Source: Kondoa subrosea (Eukaryota). From it: a stretch of 64,000 bases of DNA. The position numbers were made by a program, and so were the translations under genes. Location: positions 1,333,946 to 1,397,945 of the forward strand of contig BCIN01000005.1 in NCBI GenBank assembly GCA_039545335.1, read 5' to 3'. Shown here in pieces: positions 13,500 to 25,638 of the stretch (position 1 is the stretch's first letter; every line of letters begins with the position of its first letter). The notes under the pieces are model-generated. The model was not told the DNA's origin, searched no databases, and worked only from the letters and a program-made list of their open reading frames with translations.

Positions 13500-15883
13500 T
13501 TACAGGGACTGGATCATTGACTTTCGTAGGGAAGGAAGCGTTCCTAGCAAGGGATTCGCCGATGGGATAGAGAGAGCAGCTTCATATCCTATTGCCGGAT
13601 TCCACTTTCCCATATCTTTTCGCTGTGTCTGTTTCTCTTTCTTTTGTCTCACCTGTGGCTTTCGTGGACCTATTGTCTGCTTCATCAGACTCTGCGCGAC
13701 ATTTGAGGTGCTTCTGACAGTCTTATCGCAACAGTTAGTGCTCAGCATTCATGAGGGTATGAAAATCTTAGAAGGCATAATATACGTAAACAATAACGAA
13801 TGCGAACCCATACTTTTCTACGGGATTCGGAGCTAGCGATCACAAATGCGACTGCAATCCTGTTTGAGATGAAGAAATTAGCAATTGACCAAACGCAGGG
13901 TAGAAAGACGCTTACGTCTTTATGGTCACCTTCGTGCCAGGCCTTTGTAAAGCACGCTTGATTGCAGACCATAAATACACAACATCCGCTGCACAACTTC
14001 ATTCTCTCTTTCGTCTCGTCAGCTAGACATTGCCATCGACCGCAGCTGACGCAAACTTCGATTTGTTGCTTTCTAATACGAGATAAGAGTGGTGCGAAAG
14101 CGTGTTGGAGCTTCTGCTTGACGTTGGCTTGCTTACTCTCGAAGGCCATTTGTATTGTCCGCCAATTTGCTACAGAGTTATGGGTTGGAAGAGGTAAGCC
14201 AAACCGAAGAAGAAGAAAGAGAGCTGGTTCTTGTAGATGAGGGAAGCGATCAGTCGTCTGCTGAAGGAAGAGGTATAGGATATCTGCTTTGCTGAATTTC
14301 TTAGCATTTGTTTGCGATGGTCCGTATGTCACTTCATGATCTATATCTATCTGTACTTTCCAATGACGATACAATAGCGGACAAAGGGTAGCCAACGCAT
14401 TGGCTGCAGCTAGACATTGTCCATATTCATTTAAACAGCGAAAATCGTCGAAATACGGTATTCGAACGCAGGAAATCAAGGCGTACAACATCACCAGGTC
14501 GACAGCAGCATTCAAGAACTCTCTTAGAAGATCAGCTGGAAGTCTTCGTAGAGTCAGGAGATGCAAGCAAGCTAGCTGAACGATTTTTGCTCCATCGATG
14601 ACTTCGGTAGCGGTTGCTTTATCGACTATTGCTTTAGATATGATGCCGTGCACAGATTATAAGACCAACTTGAAGCAGTACAGCGCCATTCGAATTGATG
14701 CAATATTTGGAACTTGTGACATATATTGCAGAGGTAGTATGAATGGCGGACGTGTAGTAAACTGCCAAACCATTCCTTGGTGGATGTGCTTCCTTGGTTG
14801 TTCCAAAAGTGAATGTCAGTCTGGTCGCAGTTGAACCGCGAACGAGGACCTACAGTGAATCAGTAGCTGCTGCACGCACTGTCCCCATGGCTGCAGCACT
14901 CAATCGCCCCGAACTGTACATTCCCTTGTTCGACATGTCCTCTTCGGTTGTTGAAAGGGATCTCACGAAAAAGGTATGCTCTGTGATGGGCTGAGAAATA
15001 GCTGTATACGCTTCTGATGGCGATAAAGGGCCTTTTATCTGCGTGCGTTCCAGCATGGCCAACGTCATATCTGCGCCTTCAATAAAGACGTCGTTGATTT
15101 CCTCTTTGGTTGTGCTTGAGCCTTTGGTAAATAGCAGAAATGATCTTCCTTCTTCTTGCGTGTGCTTGATACGAAATACCGGAGGCAGAAGCGGATACAA
15201 TACAGAGACTGACGATCCGCATAAGTGAGCTCTTTAGCCAATGTTCAGAAGTACAAGAAACTTACATAGCTCAAGCAAATGAGGATACCTAGCCAGAATG
15301 ATACAGATGTGCATCATTGATGCCACAGCATCGAGACTATAAATCAGCTTGTGAGGCAAGATCTAGTCATTGTCTGTTTCTATTTGCTTACATGGAGCAC
15401 CGGATGTCAAGGATTATATTGATGATTTCATGATAAAGGGGAAGCGGAAGGTCATCCAATAGGCGTTGTAGGTACGCAGTCATCCGGGTTGAAGCTTCAT
15501 CCTTGTGAAATAGATCTGTCTCAGAGTTTGCAGGGCAAATGAGCTGCTAACATACGGCAGACGAGGGTTCCTTCGCTTGCTGTAATTGAGGGAAGAAGAT
15601 CACCTCCTGATAGAGACGGTTCAATTTCGATGCGCTTGTAGTCGCAATCGCATCCAGTTCTGCATACCTTCTCCGACAGCCTGGATGCATTCGACTTCAT
15701 GTTCTTGATTCGGTCGTAAATTCGCTCGCCCTGAGGTGTTGCAAGAAATTTCCTCAGCTCAGGGCTGTTTGGGGAACCAGAGGCTGCAGCAGCCTTAGCC
15801 ATCCTCGAATAGAGAATTACATCCGATTTCGTAAATTGCTTGCCAGAATCCGGCCGCTTCCTAGTATCAGAGAGAGGTGGCAT
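13500..15883 (-). CDS. MYND-type zinc-finger protein of unknown function
   Basis: CVSC..CSGC..VCNQACFTKAWHEGDHK..C motif near the C-terminus; ORFs 15521-15883, 14850-15200, 13742-14653 and 13500-13748 can be linked by introns. Confidence 0.65.
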
Positions 15884-15976
15884 TGATGAAGCGCGGTTTG
15901 TAGAACAGAGCTGCCAATAGCAGGACGGTCAAGGAATCTCAAACCAAAGCATTGTTTGACAGAGACCGCGACCCGA

Positions 15977-18100
15977 ATGAACAGCAGCAAAGGGAGATAG
16001 TAGGTTTCAACGGTAGCGGCTCAGAGAAACAAAAGAAGCTTATAGACACGTCGGTGCAGCGCGTTCGCCAGACGGATTCTAGGACCAGAGCTCTTCTCGA
16101 AATTGGAAACCAGCAAGATTTTACTCGTTGGAGCTGGAGGTATTGGCTGCGAGTTACTCAAGAACGTGGTCACTGCTGGATTCAAGAATATTGAAATTGT
16201 CAGTGAAGCGGGCAATTGGCGAGAAGCATGAACTTATGCAAGTGCTGGAAACAGATTGACCTGGATACTATCGACTTGTCGAATCTGAACAGACAATTCT
16301 TGTTCTCCAAACAACATGTCAAGAGGCCCAAAGCTACAGTAGCAAAAGAAACAGCGCACAACTTCAATCCAGATGTATCTATCAATGCTTTGCACGCCAA
16401 CATCAAAGAAGCTCGCTTCAATGTAGCCTACTTCAAGCAGTTCGATATTGTCATGAATGCTCTAGACAATATGGATGCACGTCGGCATGTGAACAAAATG
16501 TGTATGGCAGCCAATATTCCTTTGATCGAATCCGGTACAGCTGGTTACTCTGGTCAAACTCAACCTATTGCAAAAGATCTAACCGAATGCTACGATTGTT
16601 CTGCCAAACCTGTACCCAAAGGTTTCCCAGTTTGCACAATTCGAAGTACACCAAGCACACCGATTCATTGCATCGTTTGGGCAAAGAGTTTTTTGTTTCC
16701 TCAACTCTTTGGTGCGGAAGAAGATGAGACGGCTACTAAGGAAGAGATGGAGAAAGCTGCCGCTCAAGGAGAAAACGAATTTGAATTAGCAGAGTTAGGC
16801 AAAGAGACTGCTGCAATCAAAGAGATCCGAGCTACTCTTGGTCAAGAAGGCTCAGAAAAACGAGTATTTGACAAAGTCGGTGCTGTTCTGCGTATCTGCT
16901 GGATTGCAGCTTACATGAAGTGTGGCGTCCGACAGGTCTTCAAACAAGATATCGAGCGGCTGTTGATCATGGAAGACATGTGGAAACATCGGGCCAAGCC
17001 AAATCCTCTGTCCTATGATTCTTTGTCCGCTTTAGCAGCTCAAAATCCTTCTTCTTCATCATCCAACACCGCAGCAGGTACAATCAAAGATCAACGTGAA
17101 TTATCTTTACAAGATTCTTTCGAGCTGTTTCTCGACTCTCTCCAGCGTCTGACTGCTCGAGTTGCACAAAAACCGGATGAACCGCTAGAATGGGATAAAG
17201 ATGATGACGATGCTTTAGATTTCGCTACTTCTGCTGCCAATCTCCGAGCTCAGATTTTTGGAATTCCCTCAAAGACTCGCTTCGATGTCAAACGTATGCA
17301 ATCGTGTCACTTCGAGCAAAAGAGTATGCTGATACAGTGACATTAGAAATGGCCGGTAACATCATTCCCGCAATAGCAACAACCAACGCAATAGTAGCTG
17401 GTCTACTTGTCTTGCAAGCCTTGAAAGCTTTAGCAAACAAATGGGAATCGACCAAACTCGTTTGGGTTTCTCGAACGAGCGATAAAGCGATTTCTACTTC
17501 TGGTATAGCCAAACCAAACCCACATTGCGCTGTTTGCAGAACACCTTACGTCTCACTTGAAGTCAACCTTTCGAAATTAACGCTACAAACCTTTCTTGAA
17601 GAAGTTGTGAAGGGTAAAATTGGATTTGAAGGGGATGTGAGTTTGGTGGAAGGCAACAGATTATTGTTCGACCCGGATTTCGAAGACAATTTGGAAAAGA
17701 CTTTTGAAGGTTTGGATTTGGTTGCGGGTAAAATGTTGACTGTTAGTGATGAAGATGGGAATTTGGCTAGCGTGGTCTTTTTGCTTTCTGAGTGCGTGCC
17801 AATTCATGAATCGGCTCTGAGTGGGGAGATACTGACTGACTCATTGCCAGGTTATCGAGCGATTCAGAAGAAGCTTTCAATATACCTCATGAAATCCCTT
17901 CTATTCCACAAAAACCTGCTCCATTACCCGCGGAAGAACCAGAACCAATTGTGGAAGTAACAGCTATCAAGGGTAAAAAGAGGTCAGCAGATGAAGCTGG
18001 TTTGGAGAATGGTCAAGAGAGCAAAAAGCTAAAGGAGGATAATGGAGTGATTCTGATTGAAGATGATGCGGTTGATGATGGAGTTATAGATCTGGATTGA
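15977..18100 (+). CDS. UBA2: SUMO-activating E1 enzyme subunit 2
   Basis: MNSSKGRY/AFARRILG..LLVGAGGIGCELLKN, DLDTIDLSNLNRQFLF, catalytic PVCTIRSTPS, MAGNIIPAIATTNA, Zn-binding CYDC and CAVC, C-terminal SIM-like VILIEDD..VIDLD*. Confidence 0.95.
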
Positions 18101-18715
18101 GTGATATGCAGAAAGACAATGCTCAAGACAAACATGATGAACCACTGCACACCCAGCTATTTGCCCATCTGTCCATAGTGGACTTTCCGCTCTTCCGCCT
18201 GAGTCCACTGGGCGATCAATCAATAAATTATAGTGCTTGCAACCTGATAAAGTAACAGGAGGTCGAGTAAAAGCTTCCTGGAAGAAGGACTGATGTCGAT
18301 TTCTGTCTTGACTCTTTTGCGCGAAACAGCCGAGCTGCACGAAAGAAGGCGCTCAGATTCCATCCCCCTGGCATACTCAGCTCTTGCAAGCGTGATTGGC
18401 GAGTGATAGCTATAGCCAGAAGCTTCCAGCAGCCTGCGATTGCTAGAAACTGGTCTCTTGCAATTTTGATTGGAAACCCGCTCGAGCTTCCTGTGTTTTC
18501 CTGCCTACTCTTTGGCTTAGTCCAGCTACCGTAAGCTCATGCACAATTTATGTTTGTTAGAGACTTCAATGAATGCCATTATGTAGATTGATTCGCAATC
18601 GTAAGATTCTGGATTGACCTCCTCAGCATCACAAAGCGAGGGAAAGAGTCACTAGTCATTGAACACGCTACAGCTTGTCAATCTCACTCGATATTGGACA
18701 TTTCAAGCTATCGCT

Positions 18716-21700
18716 ATGGCTCAGAACTCGAACGTCAAGATGTGGTCTTGCGATCATCCAGGCTGTACAAAGGCTTACAAGAGGCAAGATCACTTACTGA
18801 GACATCAACAGAATCGTATGTAATACTTGACTACGGAAGGACACGCTGTAATTCGTTGGCTCTTGCTGAACAGACTCCACTGAACCCCAATTCGTCTGTG
18901 ATCTCTGCTCGAAGTCTTTTGCAAGACATGATGTCCTCAAGAGACATCTCCAAAGGCATCAAGCGAAAGCTGAAGCTTCTCATTCACCGCAAACAGACGA
19001 ACAGACATCGCCTCAGCAGAAAGTGGATCGTCCGCCGCTCAAAAGGGCACGAACCGAAACTATGCCACCTGTGCTGGAGAATTCGACAGCGGCAGCTATC
19101 ACAGCAGATCACTATCGCCGATATACCGACAATGGGAGTCGGTTTGACAATTTCCCTACGTTCCCTTCGCAAAGCCAATCCCATTCTCAGCCGATTCAAC
19201 AACAGCGGATGTCGTTTCCTACGCAGCAAATCAATTCCAATTGGTTTGCCAACGGTGGTGGTCTGCCGCCTCCTTTGCCCAGTCCGAACAATATTCAGAA
19301 CCCGGCATCAATGTACACACCTCATTTGCCGCCTTTGAACCTAGCTTTTGAAACCGCAGCTATGCCTGATGATTTGCTTGGATGGCTCTTTGCTCCAAGT
19401 AATTCGGGCGGAAACGGCTTGAGTGAAGCTGATATGAATTCTGGATGGAGTTTACCAAATGGGCAAGATGCAATATTCAATCATCAAGCTCCTCCACCAC
19501 CACCTCCTCATAATATCGATCCATTACCTCTCCAAGTTCAACAATTTCCGCATCACTTTGCAGGCTCGATGCCATCCATCAAGCAAGAGGAACTAGGACA
19601 GCAGGTTCGTGCTGTGATGCCGGCTTGACACTTGAGATGCTCACTCTCATGAGTAGTTTGCGCAGTCTTCTTTCTCGCAGTCAATGGACTTCTTCGAATT
19701 TGTTATCACAGAGGAAATACGTAGAGACATGCTTCAAATCATTACTGTATGCGATCGAAACACTGTAAAATAGACAGATACTTATTCTTGACAATTCACA
19801 GGGTATGCCAGGTGTTGATATAGACTCTCCCGCTTTGTCGCTCCATGCGATGAATAATTATTTCGAGCTATGTTATATGTAAGCCGGTTGGACTTTTGGA
19901 TTCGGATGGTGTTGATTTCTCCATACAGTCGGTTTGGAGCTGTATATCAGGTGCGGTTCATCCACTTCATTCTCAAGTAGACTAATGTTTCTTTGCAGAT
20001 CATCCATCGACCTACTTTCCACCTTCGAGCCGGGACAACTCTTCCGTACTTACTTCTAGCGATGGTCTGCTCATATGAGACTGCAATCTTTGTTAAAATC
20101 TTACGCCAAAATGCAGATCTGTATAGGTTCATCTTTCGCGGAAGATCAAGCTGGCTACCTCTTGGCGATGCAGATCCATCAAAGGGTCAGGAGCAGAGTC
20201 ATCGAAGTGAGTATCTTCGTGAGGCTCGCATGATTCTTGAGCTGATTGCCAAGTTAGATGACTGAAAATCAACCTAGACCAGATGTGCCAACACTTCAGA
20301 CTTTACTCTTAGTCAATTATTTCGGTAGCTTGTCTTTCACTGTCACTTGTTGGCGTTCCACTCTCAGACAAATTGCTAGGTCGGATGTTTAGTAGTCTAG
20401 TACATCACGACATGAGTCAAATCTTCCATCCCGGCATTCTGGTCATGGCTCGCTTCAGCGGAATCTTTGGAGATACGGTTGAACCGCAAAGCTATCCACC
20501 TACTATGGCTGGCTGGTTAGCATATTTCGCTCACGAAGAGCGGAAAAGAGTAGCTTGGTTCGGCTTCGTCTCGGACATCAGTAAGTCAACCCTTCAAAAA
20601 GCTTCGAAAGGCTGGTCAATGACTTTCCTCAGATAACGCAACTATGTTTCGGTATCTAAACTCTTCGCTTGTGATCTACTACTTGCTTACATGACACGCA
20701 CAGACACCCGCTAAATAGTAAGTCGTTGTGAGCAGATGTGTAGACATGTGCTGATTGCGAACACAGTCAATACAAACAAGATGCGAATGCCTCTACCTTG
20801 CTCCAATCAAGTATGGGAGAGTCCATCCATACCCTCCTGGCACGAAGCGTTGCAAAACGACAATTCGACATTCACCTTTAGGCAATCTCTGAGTAGCGTG
20901 ATTGATGCGCATTGCGTGCCACCCAGCTTGTGCGACTTTTCTGCTCTCATTGTTCTACACGGATTGGTCGGTATTAGGTCAGAGTTCTCGCTAGAAATAC
21001 TTGCATTGTCTGAGCCCTGCTTTAGCTGCGAATTGATACGATCGGACCTGACTGACCTGCGTTTGTTCTTCGAGCAACACGATAGACGTCGCTGACTTTT
21101 ATACACTTTTGTACAGCGAGTATACCTTTGGGACGACGCATTGAATGGAAAGAGCGCGTCAAGTCTGGCTTTCTTGCTTGGCAACGCTTTGCAGACGAAA
21201 GAAGGGCATCACGTACACCCGTCGACTCTTCGCTCTTCTGCTGGATAGGCACGCCCCTTTGTCAGCTAGCTATGATTCTACTATACACCGACACCAAGGA
21301 TCTGCGAATCTTTGCTGGAGCTCGAATCGTCGCCGGCCGCACCATAACTGCCCGAGACAGGGAAGAAGCCAAAGGAAGATTATCTCATTGGGCACGAACG
21401 AGAAACGCAGAACATGCGACTTGGGCCGCTTTACAATGTAAGGGATTCCAGAGATGATTACTCGGAAGTAGTCAATGCTGATCTACTGTTGTCATTCAGT
21501 ATTGCAGCGCTTGTTTGTGGGGGAGAGTGAAAGTCACCTTTCGAGTGTACCAGGAAAGCAAGTCGTACTTCTCGTTGAAAGGCCAAATGCACTCTGTCTG
21601 ACCTGTGCATTTGTTATATCAGTGCAAGCTGGTGCTGCTATATTGCTGTCGGTGAGGAAGTGTCACGCGATGCTCTCAACCCAATGCTAACTTGATGTTC

Positions 21701-22054
21701 AGTAACCATTGTTGGCTACAGCACCCTTCTCGAAGGTAGAAGACCACTTCAAGCTCATCAATATGCCACATTCAACCCAAATACAAACCTGGCGACCATT
21801 AATCTCACTCTAGCTCGTCAAGCTGCCAGCGCCTACATCGTAAGAGTACTGCAATGTGGCAGCTCTTCGGCATTACCGCAAGTTCCCGCCAAAGCTGACT
21901 TTGGCCCTATCGTGGCTATGGGGGTGTCGATGCTCAACAAATGCCCTTGGGGTGTGACTGCTGTGAGCACGTTTTGTATTTCGAGAATTCTGGTTAAATA
22001 TCGCTATCTCAGGGACCTCGTCAAGTTTTGACTAATATTTTGCGGGATCATTGA
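18716..22054 (+). CDS. Transcription factor with two C2H2 zinc fingers and a fungal-specific TF domain
   Basis: CDHPGCTKAYKRQDHLLRHQQNH and CDLCSKSFARHDVLKRHLQRH; downstream IIHRPTF, HEERKRVAWFGFVSD and MRMPLPCSNQVWES motifs. The 3' end is approximate. Confidence 0.85.
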
Positions 22055-22142
22055 CGGGAGATCAAGTCATAGTGAAGGAAATGCTTATATATTGCAGCGT
22101 ATATACCATTGCATATACTAATCATGCATACAACCGTACTTC

Positions 22143-23936
22143 TCACGTTGCTATCGACTCTTTAGCAAGACGTAAAGCTTCTTCCAAGCTCGGCTCGATC
22201 CTGGCATGAAATATCCAATCTGTCCGGTGTTTGCACTCCGCTGCTAGATCTTGCCACCCCTGCTCGTCTTCCGCTGAGAGCATTTTTCCTTCCAGGCCTG
22301 GAACAGAACCAAGACCACACAGCTCCAGCACTTCGCCATTCTGCCTCGATGTATTTTTGACTTTGTCGTGTCTGGGTTTTCGGACCTTCTCGTACGCCTT
22401 CAAATAAATTGGAACCGTTTCTTTCACGCATTCGGGCTGTGACAGCAGGCGTCCCAAGACATATCCAGACTCGATAGCTTGTCCAGCGAGACTTCCTTGA
22501 TGCGGAGTTCCGCCTGACGCCTATAATGTCCATTCAGAACAGTCTGGCGAATAATTTGTCGTGAGAGCTCACAGCATCGCCTATCAGTGCAACATGGCCG
22601 AAAATCCATTGGTCCAAATCAGTCAGCTCATGGAGAGCCCAACAACCTGCTCAAATTGATGAATGCTTAGAACGATAATAAATCTCCGCGTACTTGGTTT
22701 GTCGACATGCTGAGTGTACCGAAATTCAGCAGAAAATAGCTGGGAAGCATCAAGAAACCGACATTCAGTAATATTTGAGCTTGATCACACCAACCCTCGA
22801 AGTCCGCCAACATTAAACTCTTGTCAATCGGGAAGACCCACTCTTTCGACTGTACTTGGGGATGCCCATTCCAGATTCGTTCATCTAAAGGCTTGGATCT
22901 ATCGCTACGAAAAGCAACTAAGTTGACAGTCTTGCCGTGATCGACTGGAAAAGCGAGGCTAAAGTGACATAGGTACACAGATAGAGTTCAGCTTCACTCG
23001 GTCCACGTGTATACTGACCCACATGTGTTTCTGCCGACCCAAGAACATCCTTGGAAGATAGATATTGTCGTACCCAGCTGCTTCTAGCGCTTTGCTATCT
23101 ATCAAGCCGCGATAGCAGTAAGACCCAGAGTATCTGATTTCTCCCGCTCCATTCTTCGGCGGATGAAGCATAGCTCGAACTGCGCTCTTGATACCATCAC
23201 CTAGCGATGGTGTGAGGTGAAAGATCTCATAATACGGAGAGCTTACAAGCAATGACTACATCAGCTTCTGCTGTTGTCCCATCTGCAAAATCAAGTGTTG
23301 TTACTTCTTCACTCGATTGAAGTTTCGTCAGACGTTTATTGAATTTCCGTACCACGCAAGAAGGTATTTCTGCCAGAACCAGATCGAGAAATCGTGCGCG
23401 ATGAACATAGCTAATATCAACCAATGTCTTAAGCACTGATTCGCTTTAGTGTCTTGAAAATCTACCTGTGATGGTTCTCCATAGTACGACCTATAGGTTC
23501 TCCGGTCCATTTACGCCATTCAAAATAGACATTATGAGCATCACCAGGAGCAGCATACGAGAAATCGGCAATCTTTGCATACTTCTCGCCTAATCCAAGC
23601 GCTTCAAGAACTCTGACTGAGTTTTCCGATATTGAGACTCCAGCACCTATTTCAGCGAACTTGGCAGCTCTGAATTTATCGTCAGAAAGGAAAAGAAATC
23701 GTAAGGCTGCATGCGACTACTGACGCTTCGTAGATTGTCACAGCAACATTCGCTCCTTGTTCTTGAGCTTTACCAAGAGTTAGAGCAAGTGTGAGTCCTG
23801 ATAAGGAAGAAAGTAACAGAGCACAGAATGAGGCAAGTTTGCGAGATAATTAAGGAAATCGAGGGGTTTGCAACGAACCAGCAAGACCTCCTCCAATCAC
23901 AGCAACACGTAAGGGAGGAACAGGAGCGTCAGACAT
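22143..23936 (-). CDS. FAD-dependent monooxygenase, salicylate hydroxylase-like (group A flavoprotein)
   Basis: RVAVIGGGLAG, EIGAGV, VHRARFLD, ADVVIACDGIKSAVR, YSGSYCYRGL, ALIGDAASGGTPHQG, YEKVRKPR; several short introns. Confidence 0.88.
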
Positions 23937-24156
23937 CTAGGTGACGATCCAACGTGAGCACAACTAATCGCGTTCAAAAGCTCGAAGCTGGAGAACCCGC
24001 AAAAACAGACGGCAATTTGAACAAGCCGAAGACAAAGTGGGAACAAGTGGACTTCTTTACCCGTCCAATTGGTAGTACGAAAGGTCTTCTAAGCAAGTGG
24101 TCGCTTGTCTGCAATTGAAAAGAGAGAGAAGGTCAAGGAAAGCAATATATTACGTA
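23937..24156. promoter_or_regulatory. Divergent promoter shared by the monooxygenase and dioxygenase genes
   Basis: 220 bp between head-to-head start codons (23936 on -, 24157 on +); contains three AAGTGG copies. Confidence 0.6.
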
Positions 24157-25535
24157 ATGAGCGCAACGGATCTTTCGTCCTTTACAGAATCTGTTATCGC
24201 TTCGTGGGTCTTACAATCCCTGCATCAGAGATTCTACTGATCGATTCATCCTTAGCATTGGCAAGGATGCTAATCCTCGAGCCAAAAAAGCTCTGCCTAT
24301 ATGTTTGTGATGTTGTTGGCTCGTTGACTGCCTCTGATTCGATGGATCGAAGTGATTCGCAAGCTTCATGAATTCTGTATTGAAGCAGATGTAACTGTAG
24401 AAGAATGGATGGATACTTGCAATCTGGTTGTAAAGGCAGGTCTCACCCTTTAGCGCTCGTCAAGCTCCTGGCTCATTTTGGAACTCAAGGCTGGACAAAT
24501 GTCGTCTCCAATGCGCAATGAAGTCATTCTGATGACGGATGTCTTGGGCATCGAATCGCTCGTTGACACTCTCGCTCAAATCAGGAACTCCAAATCTTCT
24601 GAAGCAGTCGCAACACATAGCGCTATTCTCGGTCCTTTCTACCGTCAAGGGGTCAAGCATCAGCCAAACGATACTTCTATCATTCGACAGGTATGTGCCT
24701 AGTAGTCTTCTCGCTCTCTTCGCTTATAACTTTGCTCCTTGCTTTTCATAGGAAGAGAAGGATGGAGACTATGTCTATTTAACCGGAACAGTGTATGATC
24801 AAAATGGCAAGCCTCTAGCGGGAGCGATCCTGGATGTTTGGCACGACGCACCTGATGTATGAGATCTTCTTTAATTGCCGGTAATTTACCCTAGCTAATC
24901 CTGCCTGCTATCGTAGGGTTTATAGTGAGTAGACCTAGTCAACAGCGAAAACGTAACTTTGATTGTGCTTACAAAGTGACTCGCAATCTCCCGACAAGCC
25001 TGAACATCACTGTCGAGGACGCTTCGAATCGGACGAAAAGGGTCGATATTCTCTTGTTTGCTTGAAGCCTTGTCCCTATCCAATCCCATACGATGGACCT
25101 ACTGGTGATATGCTGAAAATGATGGACAGACACCCTTATCGTCCAGCTCACATTCACTACATGGTACAAGCTCCAGGACATCGTTCTTTGGTTACTCAAG
25201 TTTTCGATCGCAAGTCAAAGTACTTGGAAGATGATTCAGTCTTCGCTGTGAAAGTATGTCCATGAGTAAGGGATGTTGACACTTCTGATCGCGCAACTTT
25301 GATATCGTAGGATAGTCTCGTCGTTGACTTTGTGCCTCTCGGGGATAGCAAGCTTCCTAAAGATTTGCCCGATGGAGACAAGGTATAGGATCTTCTCTCT
25401 CTCTCCATTCCGGTAACATTATCTCACAGAGGTCGACAGGTCCGATACACCTTGAATTACGATATTCACCTTGCTGCCGCTAGCGATTCATCGATCTCCA
25501 TCGAAGCGCCGGTTGGTGCTGAAGTAGCTAAATAG
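24157..25535 (+). CDS. Intradiol ring-cleavage dioxygenase, fungal catechol 1,2-dioxygenase-like
   Basis: AGQMS..RNEVILMTDVLGIESLVD, SAILGPFY, WHDAPDGLYDSQ (Fe-ligand Tyr), PYPIPYDGP (Tyr), RPAHIH (two His), DDSVFAVKDSL. Confidence 0.9.
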
Positions 25536-25638
25536 CCATTTTGATTGATGTCTATGTATATCGAATTTGTATGCGTTATGCAAAATGTAGTACAATTGTC
25601 ACAAATCGACACTAAATGATGGTATTCCACTTGTTATC

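Noticed and set aside
15952..16260. UBA2 seemed to lack an ATG-led N-terminus in the ORF track
   Set aside because: A short first exon from ATG 15977 and the intron starting at 16000 restore a normal N-terminus.
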